A stretch of DNA of 64,000 nucleotides from a virus. Positions 45,884 through 55,553 of this stretch are shown piece after piece (positions within the stretch are counted from its first letter, which is position 1; each line of letters starts with the position of its first letter). A model generated the notes under the pieces. The model made no database searches. It was not told the DNA's origin and saw only the letters and a list, made by a program, of their open reading frames with translations. The translations under genes were made by a program, and so were the position numbers. The DNA lies in IMG/VR virus record IMGVR_UViG_3300043411_000610, positions 26,678-90,677 of that record; one strand, 5' to 3'.

Positions 45884-46804
45884 TTTGACAGCGAATAAAA
45901 ATGGAGTATATTGATCCATGAACACCAACTCCATTAAAAAATTGGCAAAAGATATTATTTCTTCTGCTAAAAATAAAACCAAAAAGAAATCTGCTGTTGA
46001 TTTCTTTTTAAATAATAGTGGTCCAACACACGGAGATTTGCACCGTTTACTTGATAGTTTTCCGGTTTTTGGAGCATCGGAAACTTCAATGCGGAAATGT
46101 GTTAAGAAATGGTTGACCGTAGAAAACATTTTTCATGGTTTTGTAGTGGGTGATTGGAATGTAAGTGAAAAACTGCGTTCTCTACATTATTGGAAATGTC
46201 AGGCGAATCATCCAATAGTTAAAGATGAAGATGTGATTGAATTTAATAGCCTCATTCTTCTTCGAGGTTTTATCATCAAAGAATTCATTAAAACCTTTGG
46301 AGATATTAATACACTGAATATCTCGTTCTCTGAAAAATCATGGGGTAAATTTAGGAAAAACTTAAAATATGAGACTCTGTTCAGCGGAGACCATAAAAGT
46401 AATATAGTTTCTGCTATACGTTTCTTAAAAAACAACATGGGAAAATACACAGAAGTTAAAATCCATCATGTGCGAGTATTCAAAGCAGGAAAGGTGGGAA
46501 TATATTCACTGTCACAATATAATGCTTTACAAGAATTGTGTGAAGGTGTATGTAGTATCAACCTTAAATTACTATCATGAACGAACAAGACAGACTCGAA
46601 GAATTGTATATTTTGGTTGGATCAACCATCGGCCCAATTGAAGATTACGTTTTGGATGAAATCCGGTTTCTAGAAAATCTCCTTAATCCTCCTATCTTTC
46701 CTCTTGAAAGACTGACAGAGCTATATAAATGCAATTGTGGTAGAAGAGATTGTTGGGAATGTGTGTATGCGGATGATCCCGAAGGTATATAATAAATATT
46801 GAGG

Positions 46805-47416
46805 ATGTTATTCAAAGATTATTTTTATACTACTATAAACGAAAGAGCATTTCATTCTAGTCCACACAATCACGATAAATTTGACCTTACTCATATAGGT
46901 TCGGGTGAGGGAATTCAAGAGTATGGGTGGGGTTTATATTTTGCTGAAACTCAACAAGGAATAGTTTTGTATAATGATTATTTCTTAGATAGATTAGGCA
47001 AAAATCCCGTTAATTATGAAGTGGAATTACATATTGATCAATCAGAGTTATTGGATTGGGATAAGCCTTATGAACAACAATCACAAAAGGTTCAGTCTAT
47101 ATTGAAAAATGCAGTTGAATTTTTGAGAAATCATACTTATCATAAATGGTCTGATGGAACAGGGCAAGTGAACGATCCAACTGGACAAAGAACCACTGAT
47201 GTGGTGGCATTTAGTGATGAACAACTTAAAGAGGCACAATATGGCCCAATGTCTAGTTTTTATCATTTCTTAACTAGTTATAGCGGTTCTCCTAAAAAGG
47301 CATCACTCGGATTACTTGATAATGGAATTAAGGGTATCACCTATAAATCCATTAGAGCTAAGAATTTCGTTGTATTCGATGATACATTGATTGAAATAAA
47401 AAAGAAAACGATTTGA
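46805..47416 (+). CDS. ADP-ribosyltransferase-like (ART-PolyVal-type) protein
   Basis: AFHSS...FD....GSGEG...YGWGLYFAE, G.KGI.Y and NFVVFD motifs; preceded by TAAATA. Confidence 0.6.
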   Translation: MLFKDYFYTTINERAFHSSPHNHDKFDLTHIGSGEGIQEYGWGLYFAETQQGIVLYNDYFLDRLGKNPVNYEVELHIDQSELLDWDKPYEQQSQKVQSILKNAVEFLRNHTYHKWSDGTGQVNDPTGQRTTDVVAFSDEQLKEAQYGPMSSFYHFLTSYSGSPKKASLGLLDNGIKGITYKSIRAKNFVVFDDTLIEIKKKTI

Positions 47417-47445
47417 CATAGAATAAAAATGGAGTATATTGATCC

Positions 47446-47574
47446 ATGACAACAAACCTACTACTAATCGCAACATCAGGTGCAGCAGAAAATACAGAAG
47501 ACTTGACATTGGGATTTATCATCCTTGTTGGGGGCATCATCGGAATCGTCTTTTTTTCTTGCATTTATCTCTAA
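47446..47574 (+). CDS. Small single-pass membrane protein (42 aa, not in ORF track)
   Basis: ATG directly after the TTGACA/TATATT promoter; MTTNLLLIATSGAAENTEDLTLGFIILVGGIIGIVFFSCIYL. Confidence 0.55.
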   Translation: MTTNLLLIATSGAAENTEDLTLGFIILVGGIIGIVFFSCIYL

Positions 47575-48020
47575 ATGGCTTTTGGAATGTGCAGGTGATT
47601 GCTTGCAAAGACGGATGGGTGAAATTTATCAGACAAAATGGAAGCACTGATTCTATGTCATTACAAGCATTTACATACTCATATAAAAGAACTGAATGGA
47701 AGGACTGATACATTATGAAAGAATTTAAAGTAAATGATAGGGTTATTGCCTGTTATGCATCCGACATCACGGGTAAACCCAAAGAAATCGGTGGAACTAT
47801 TATTGATGTAACATGGTTTATTTTGGGTAATGTTGGTGCCCGTGCATTTGCGGTCAAAATGGATGATGGTTTGATTGACACTTTCTCGGAGGGATCATTA
47901 TTTGATGAACCTTCTAGCTGAAGTATCGTTTAATCAAGCATTCTGTATAGGGCTTGGAATAGGTGCCATAGTTTTATATGTGGCGATCAAACTTAGTAAA
48001 TGGATTAATTAACAAGAATA

Positions 48021-48179
48021 TAACCAGAAAGCGTGATGGAGACTCCAGGTGTTTCGCCGGGTAAGTTGATGAAGTCACAAATCAGATAATTTACTTATTT
48101 GAACGTTTAAGATGTAAACTTCTCCTCATACTTCGTCATATTTTACATCAGAAACGTTCAAAACGTAAACCAGTGGTTG
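48021..48179 (+). ncRNA. Putative retron ncRNA (msr-msd)
   Basis: Intergenic region directly upstream of the RT. Small msr-like stems (TGGA/TCCA, GGTG/CGCC, GTAAGTT/AATTTAC), a long msd-like hairpin at 48090-48169, and short terminal inverted repeats AACCA (48022-48026)/TGGTT (48174-48178) with G48027 adjacent. Confidence 0.7.
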
Positions 48180-48209
48180 ACAATAATATAAAAGGTGTTA
48201 TTTTAATAT

Positions 48210-49505
48210 ATGAACATCGTTAAGATACCAAAAAAGTCTAAAGGACAGTTTAGAGAAATTGCGATTCCCAATACAGAAGAAAAAAACTTATTTCGGCAAC
48301 ATGTTTCTAAATTAAACGAAAAAACCAAGAAACTTTGTTCAGATGTGGTTCACGGATTCATTTTGGGTAAAAGTCCAATAACTAATGCCAAGCAACATAT
48401 CGGTTATGCATACAGCCTCTCGTTTGACTTGTCTAATTTCTTTGATACTGTTAAACCAAGCCATCTTCAAGGCCGATTAACCAAAGATGAGATTCAGACC
48501 TTGATGCCAAATGATAGGGCGTATCAGGGTTTACCCACAAGCCCAGCAATTGCTAATCTTGCGGCGATTGATATGGATAAAGCAATTATTAAAAAAATAA
48601 GAGATTTGGGTATCGTATATACGAGATATGCAGATGATCTCACGTTTTCTTTTGATTCATATGAACTATCTCAATTCCTAAAAAAAGAAGTTGTTCAGAT
48701 TGTTCGTCGTTGTGGTTTTATTATAAACGATAAAAAAACACACCTACAGGATGCTCGATACGGAAACCGTATTATTACTGGCGTCTCTGTCAATAACCAT
48801 GCGATCTCTGTGAGCCGAAAATGTAGAAAAAAGATTAGAGCCGCACTACACCAAAAGAATACGAATTCTGCTAAAGGATTGACGGAATGGTCTAAATTGA
48901 AGGAACCTAAACCTAAAATTCCAGCGAAATATAGTCAAGTAGAAGTCAATGCATTGACCAATCTTTGGAAAATCAAGAAAGTTTTAATCCAAGATATTCC
49001 AGATAAAGAAGATATTGATCTACATAACAATTGTCATATTTCTGGTGATTTAGTTTATCTTCTGGGAATCAGTAACTTTGCAACCAATTGGACATCTTGT
49101 ATGCGCCATCCTGATGGTTGCAATCACAAAAAAGTCAATGCATGGGCATATCTGGCGGGAACTAGAGTTGCAATGCTTGTTTCAGATCAAACTCTAACTG
49201 TATGCGGATTTACTCGTAATAAAATGAAAGCCCGTGCATTGGTCCATAGACTTAGGAATGGACAACAGGTATATGATAGAATCTACGGTGAATCCGTAGA
49301 AGCACAAACGATATTGAAAGAACAACTTCTGGCAAATAACATCATTCCTATTAGTCAGGCTGAAAAGGGTATTAAAGTATCTGGAAATGTCCCACAATCA
49401 AAGGTATATAAAACACCGTATCTTGATAATCTGGGTTATTCTTCTGGTGTTGCGTCCGTTGGTAAATTTCAGGGGCAAAAAGTTTGGACATTTCATACAA
49501 AATAG
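48210..49505 (+). CDS. Retron-type reverse transcriptase fused to an uncharacterised C-terminal domain
   Basis: IPKKSKG.FREI..P, HGF..GKS..TNAKQH (region X NAxxH), DLSNFFD, QGLPTSP..ANL, YTRYADDLTFS, GF.IN.KKT and IITGVSVN (region Y VTG-like). Confidence 0.92.
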   Translation: MNIVKIPKKSKGQFREIAIPNTEEKNLFRQHVSKLNEKTKKLCSDVVHGFILGKSPITNAKQHIGYAYSLSFDLSNFFDTVKPSHLQGRLTKDEIQTLMPNDRAYQGLPTSPAIANLAAIDMDKAIIKKIRDLGIVYTRYADDLTFSFDSYELSQFLKKEVVQIVRRCGFIINDKKTHLQDARYGNRIITGVSVNNHAISVSRKCRKKIRAALHQKNTNSAKGLTEWSKLKEPKPKIPAKYSQVEVNALTNLWKIKKVLIQDIPDKEDIDLHNNCHISGDLVYLLGISNFATNWTSCMRHPDGCNHKKVNAWAYLAGTRVAMLVSDQTLTVCGFTRNKMKARALVHRLRNGQQVYDRIYGESVEAQTILKEQLLANNIIPISQAEKGIKVSGNVPQSKVYKTPYLDNLGYSSGVASVGKFQGQKVWTFHTK

Positions 49506-49538
49506 TTGACAACCCAGCCAAATAGAATATAATAAAGC

Positions 49539-50495
49539 ATGAAAACAAAAACAAAGGTAAATGACATTGAACTAATGCTAGCCTTGCATGAACAACATCG
49601 CATATTGGACGTGCATAAAAATAAAGTGAAGGCTGAATTGGATTCTGTATTGAATTCTACTGACAAAACTTGCACTACATTGAATACCTTGGTCAACAAT
49701 TATTTGGTTTCTAAGAAAACAGTGGATCAAATGAAATTGAGTTGGAAAAAAATTCCGGCCAAGAGGAAATCTTTGGCGGACATGACTGTTAATGAAGCAC
49801 TTGATATTGGAAAAACGGCTGCACGTATGGGTAGTAATTATTCTGGTGATGTTTCATATCGTTGTAACATTAAAAATGCAGCAGCAACTGCATATACGTT
49901 GACTGATGAAGGCGAACAATATAGCAGATCGTGTAAATACCATAAAACCAATGCATCACATGTGGTTAATCTTGATGTTAATACAATTTCGTATTTGGTC
50001 GAACAACGAAACGTCCGAAGGCTATCAGTCTTGGAAGGACTACATTTGATTTCTCTCAATCCAGATGGATCATGTGTATGGGTAGAATGCAAGGCCAAAC
50101 AAATTGTGGCCGTCAATGGTTGGATTGTATGGAATGATACATTGTGCTATCATTCGACAAAATCGGTTGAAGATGCACAAAAAGGACTTGACAGAAAAAT
50201 CAGGGCGTTTGAAAAAGAAGAAATCGAGAGAAAGAAGCACATTAAAGAATCTCGTCGTGCTCGATTGGTAGCAAAACTTTGTAAGAATGTGACCGCCACT
50301 ATTACCGATGCCAAGTCAATGGGATACTGTGATCCAGGTATTAGAGGTTTTCAACAACGGTTTGGTATTGGTGACAGTGCTACTTTAAATGAATTGCTTA
50401 ATACTAAAGACCCTTATGCGGTTAATCTGGTATTGAAAGTTGCACGAAAAATAAAAAAGACAAAAAAATTGACAACCCAGTCAAATAGAATATAA
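49539..50495 (+). CDS. Hypothetical protein flanked by near-identical promoters
   Basis: 318-aa ORF with a C-terminal GYCDPGIRGF motif and its own promoter at 49506. Confidence 0.7.
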   Translation: MKTKTKVNDIELMLALHEQHRILDVHKNKVKAELDSVLNSTDKTCTTLNTLVNNYLVSKKTVDQMKLSWKKIPAKRKSLADMTVNEALDIGKTAARMGSNYSGDVSYRCNIKNAAATAYTLTDEGEQYSRSCKYHKTNASHVVNLDVNTISYLVEQRNVRRLSVLEGLHLISLNPDGSCVWVECKAKQIVAVNGWIVWNDTLCYHSTKSVEDAQKGLDRKIRAFEKEEIERKKHIKESRRARLVAKLCKNVTATITDAKSMGYCDPGIRGFQQRFGIGDSATLNELLNTKDPYAVNLVLKVARKIKKTKKLTTQSNRI

Positions 50496-50501
50496 TAATA
50501 T

Positions 50502-50669
50502 ATGAACTCACTTAAAACCGTATTGATGGAACGAGATGATCTAACTGCTGAAGAAGCTGAGAAAACAATTATGGAAATGAAATCCCGTATGTATGAAGGT
50601 GAAAATCCTGAAGAGCTTTTGTTTGACGAAGGACTAGAACCCGATTATATTTTTGACCTACTTGATTAA
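50502..50669 (+). CDS. Small acidic protein (55 aa, not in ORF track)
   Basis: ATG directly after the promoter at 50469; MNSLKTVLMERDDLTAEEAE...GLEPDYIFDLLD. Confidence 0.65.
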   Translation: MNSLKTVLMERDDLTAEEAEKTIMEMKSRMYEGENPEELLFDEGLEPDYIFDLLD

Positions 50670-51432
50670 CAGATGAATCATATTATTATTTTAAAACCAT
50701 TGTCAGCACTTTATGATCAACAACCAGTGTTTTGTGAATGTTGTGGGCCAGAAACTTACTGGGAATCACAATATTTTTATACCAATGAAAGTGTGGATGT
50801 CAATAGAATTAATTTAAGTGGATTGACTGAAAATATAGATTTTAAGTATATTGATTTGTGAACAGATATGATTATGAACAGTAAAAATACATTTATTGAT
50901 TACCTAAAACATCTTGGTGCAGATCAAGATCAGGCAGAACACACATACAATGTGATTCTTAATCGAATTGCTGATGGTGAAGGTCGAGTAGAAATTCTAC
51001 AAGAATTGGACTTGCCACTTGATCTTATAGAACTTTTGACATGAATAAAGCACGATATTACTGGCGTAAAATTTTGAAGTTCTTTGGCTTCTGTATTTGT
51101 GGTGGTTCATTGAATTTTACCAGAAATGGTCAAGGTGTTTGTGTTGAATGTGGAAAAAGAATTTGACAATAGGTAAACCCGAATTATATTAAATCATGAA
51201 AATCAATGCCGAATATGTAAGTGTGTGGGACGGTGGAACAGAGATTAGGTCTTTCTGCCAAGTCGATCCTGTTGAAAAAACGGTTGAGAATATTGATACG
51301 GTTGATGTTGATAATCTTGAATGTTGTGAGCACGAATTTGTTGAATGGTATCAAGATGGGGAATATCATACACTACCAAGGTCAGAATTTATTAACCTTG
51401 ATGAAGGCGAAACTTGGGAAGTATAATACTCT

Positions 51433-51505
51433 GGGCTTGATCTAGTATCCAACACCGCGTTTTGCACTCTATACGGCAAATCAGACCAAGGAGCAGCGGA
51501 AGCCC
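51433..51505 (+). ncRNA. Candidate small structured RNA
   Basis: GC-rich intergenic island after TATAAT (51422-51427) with nested stems GGGCTT/AAGCCC, CCGC/GCGG and TTTGC/GCAAA. Confidence 0.4.
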
Positions 51506-53467
51506 TAATTTGAAAATATATGAAAACAACTAAAATTCTTTGTAGTTCAGGTAATATTGTGTTGACTACAGCCGATGATGGGGTTACAACTTCTATCGAA
51601 TCTGACTTGTCAAATCTGATTGAACCCGATGATCCTGATATGGAAATCGCAATTCATGTGATTGAAGCACTAATACTTGCACAATATACGGCGGGTATCA
51701 AAGTAGGATCGCCTGCATATGGTGAAGCCCTTGATATTGCACTTGAATCAATTTCAAACAATATTTGATTGAGTTCTCATGCAACATCTGGGTATTTTTG
51801 GGATAAGCACGATGAAAATAAAAGACCGTCTGCATATGATTATGGAAAAGTTGAATTTGAATTAAACATTATTACACAAGAATGGAAAAGAGTGGGCAAT
51901 GAAAAAGTATAAATTGAAATATTGGTATTTGGCTACTGGAATGGAAGGTATTGCAGATGAATGGCCAGAGAAAATTGTTTTTGCTAATACGAGAGACGAA
52001 GCATTTTATGAATATCATAAATTGAATATTAAGAATTTTGTATCATTCGAGGAATTCATGAAAAAATCTAAACATGAACGGGAATGGGCAACAACATGTG
52101 AAGAACTACCTATAAGAAAATATGTGGAATCTTTATAAAGTTTCTTTTTGGGATCATGAACAACAAGGCGGTTCTTATACTAAAGGACGACTGACAATCA
52201 CTCCAATTTTAAATGATTGTGCAGGTAATTCAGTTTGTTACAAAGTAAAAGCAAGGACTGAACATGAGGCCATTACCAAAGTTAAAAATCGCAGATTAAA
52301 AGATAAAAACGTAAGATATAATGATTTTCGCTTGCATAAATGTGAAATTGAAGTATAATAAGCCATGAAGAAACTTAATTGGAAACCTGTTATCAGTTCT
52401 TTCCTTCAAACAATGAAGGATAATCAGTATAAATTGCTTAGGGTTTATGATGATGAAACTGGAGTAGAAGAGCCTGATAGTCTTGAACGAGCGGTTGATC
52501 TGATTTGTGCAGTTGAGGAATCAGTAGTAGTTTTTGGCACTAAGGAAAAATCTAGTATTCGTGTTTACATTGTTCTAGGAAATTCACCGTCCGAAATGGT
52601 TTCTGATTATGCTGTTCCGTTTGATGAAGATGCGGCAGACAAATTGCATAAGGTTATGTCAGATTGGTCTGATTCTTGGGAAGGCAAAGAATGTCCTACT
52701 GAAGATGATGATCCACACGAATTACTGAACACCATTGCGGACATTGCATATAATGCACCAGAATTGAACATCAGTAATTATAATCATGATGAAGTGTGGG
52801 CTTTAAATGAAGCAATGATTGAGATTTATAATCTGGTTAAGAAATATCATTGACAAAATATAAAATTGAACTATTATACAAATATGATTACAATCCATTC
52901 ACCTAGAACAACGAAACAGAAACATGCACAAATCGAGCGCGGAATCAATCGCTTGAAGAAAGGACTATGTAATGAATCTAATACAACAATTTCTTGGTGA
53001 ATAAAATTGACGAATCATAAAATTGAAGTAAAATACGACATGAAGCTACCTCGCCCTATTTTGGATGAATTTCGTCGCCATAATATCAAACTTGTGTATG
53101 GATGTGGAAAAACATCCCATTTTTATATTCGCATTTTTGAAAAAATTCTTGAACCCAAGTTTAGTGGACCAGGAGAAAAGAAATGGATTATACAATTTGC
53201 ATATAAACCAACTTTTGATCGGTGGGCAAATTCTACTAATTTTGAAACCACCATTTCATATTATCCAGAAAAGAATCAAAGATATTCTGTAGGAGACTTG
53301 CAAGACAAACGCAAGAAACAATACATTATTCCTAAACTAGATAAAGAATTGGCATGGTGTCTGAAATGTGCAAAATCGGGAATTTTTGATTTTAATACAT
53401 ATATTGGTGTTATCGAAACTCCGCGCTTTATCTATTGACGAAGTATAAAATTGAAGTATATTGAGTC

Positions 53468-54157
53468 ATGTTCAACTACTCACTAACAGTTCAAAGTTCA
53501 AATCAAAAGCTCGGTCTTGATGTTTCAGCCATAACTTCAGACCGCAGGACGTGCCCCAATAGATGTCCTTTGAAAAATAATGGCTGTTATGCCGAATTTG
53601 GTCCGTTGGCGATCCATTTTAGGAAAGTCTCTAGTGGTGAACGGGGTAATGATTGGGATACACTAGTAGATCAGGTTAATGCACTGCCGAAGGGACGTAA
53701 AATCCGGTTTTTTCAAGCAGGCGATTGTCCGTCCAAGAAAGAAAATTCGGAAGATATTGATGGACAAGCAATGTCTAAAATGGCGGATGTGATTAAAAAG
53801 AAAGGTCATATCACATGGGGGTATAGTCATAAAAAATTAACTCCTAAAAATGTAAAAATTCTCAAAGAATCGGCAGCTAAAGGTTTGGTTATTAATGCTA
53901 GTGCAGATTCACTTAAAGAGGCCGACGAATTTGTTGCCAAGGGATTGCCTACGGTCGTGACTGTTCCATCTGATTTCAAGAGCGGAACACTTACGCCAAA
54001 AGGAAACAAGGTTATTATTTGTCCGCAACAAACAAAAGAAAACGTGACGTGCAGTTCTTGCCTACTGTGCCAAAAATCAGGCAGAAGTTGTGTGGTAGGC
54101 TTTATGGTGCATGGAGCTAAGAAAAATAAACTTGACGAACGCCTAAAAGCAGAGTAA
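53468..54157 (+). CDS. Gp88-like / radical-SAM-related Cys-rich phage protein
   Basis: N.KLG, TCP..CP....GCYA, R...AGD, W.YSH, NASAD and ICP......TC..C.LC motifs. Confidence 0.6.
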   Translation: MFNYSLTVQSSNQKLGLDVSAITSDRRTCPNRCPLKNNGCYAEFGPLAIHFRKVSSGERGNDWDTLVDQVNALPKGRKIRFFQAGDCPSKKENSEDIDGQAMSKMADVIKKKGHITWGYSHKKLTPKNVKILKESAAKGLVINASADSLKEADEFVAKGLPTVVTVPSDFKSGTLTPKGNKVIICPQQTKENVTCSSCLLCQKSGRSCVVGFMVHGAKKNKLDERLKAE

Positions 54158-55331
54158 TATATTTTATGAACTTAATTAAACCCGAGAAAGAGTTGGATTA
54201 TAATTGACCACGAATAAAAATAGAGTAATATTGTGCCGTGGACATAACCTATACAAAAGCGGGTAAAGTCTGGTTTGCAAAAAGAGGTAATCTCAGTGCA
54301 TCTGGTAAAACTAAACCAATAGCTAAACGTGAATTATTGGAAACCGAAATGTTCAGTAGAATTATAAAAAAGAAATAATATGAAAGACCATAATGAAATT
54401 CTAAAAGAATTATATGTGAAGTTAGCTCTTGAAATGGCCGCATTGGTTCATACCGAATGTTCAAATGTTCCACATGATATTGGTCTGCGACTGATGGATT
54501 TAGTCGTAGAAAAATTTGAACAATATTAATTCATGAACAGAACACAATTACTCAGTTTCTTTGGACACCTGTTATTGTTCGGCACTGTCCTTTTGACCTT
54601 ATCAATGTTTAGTTTGGCATTTGATAATTTGTCTGCTAAAGCATTACCTATTTTTCAGAACTTGATTACTATTGGATTCTTTCTTGTGATTGTGAGTATT
54701 TCTGGAATCTTGGGTATGAATAAATTTGACAAATAACCAATAAACAGTATATTGAGTCATGAAAAATGATATTCTACAATTACAAAAATCTGGTTGGACT
54801 AATTGGAAAATAGTTTTATATTTGAATATTACGAGGGAAAGTTTTTTCAAATTGATGTTGGATATTCATGAAAATGAAATTATATCTGACGATGAATGGA
54901 ATCAACATAACAATACATGGTTCAATGGTCATTCGATGGCAACTCAACAAAACTTTGCATAATATGACAACGACAACACTTCAAAAGCTGGCACTCGCAT
55001 CTTCCTATGATTATCACAACAAGGAACATTTTCGTAAGAAAGCACTGGCATTTCTTCGTAAGGTCGCAAAACTTTTAAATCTATCAAAAGATGAATATCA
55101 AGTGCGGTTCAATGCAGGTGGAATTGCGGTCTGTGGTGATCCTATCTTGCACACAAAGAGGTTCTATGTGGACATGCATCCGTTGTTTGGCAGTTCTAAT
55201 GAATGCGGCTATTGGCGTGAATGTGAGGGAATGACCGATTATACTGGAAAATATAATAGGCAGATTTCTCTTGGATTGACAGCCGAAGATTTTGCGAACG
55301 AAATTAAGAAAGTTTTGACGAAGGAATAAAA

Positions 55332-55553
55332 ATGAAAAATCTTCTATTTGTGCTCATCCTGTTCATACTCTGTTCTTGTATTGTTCCAATCAATACCAAT
55401 CGGGTTCTGTTAATTCATCGGGTTCAGCCGGGTGATACAATGTCCCGAATTTATTATAATTATCGAATTCCACATAACTGTCCATATGCACCATATCGGC
55501 CCGATAATCAAATTTATGTAGGTGAATATATCACTGTTTTTTATCCATTTTAA
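55332..55553 (+). CDS. LysM-domain lipoprotein
   Basis: Lipoprotein-like signal (LCSC) and HRVQPGDTMSRI...IYVGEYI. Confidence 0.7.
   Translation: MKNLLFVLILFILCSCIVPINTNRVLLIHRVQPGDTMSRIYYNYRIPHNCPYAPYRPDNQIYVGEYITVFYPF

Noticed and set aside
48210-49505. RT as a DGR or group II intron enzyme
   Set aside because: It has QGLPTSP, NAxxH and ITG (retron-like) rather than the DGR GNxxSQ motif. I found no Avd gene, no adenine-specific TR/VR pair, no maturase/En domain and no intron domain V.
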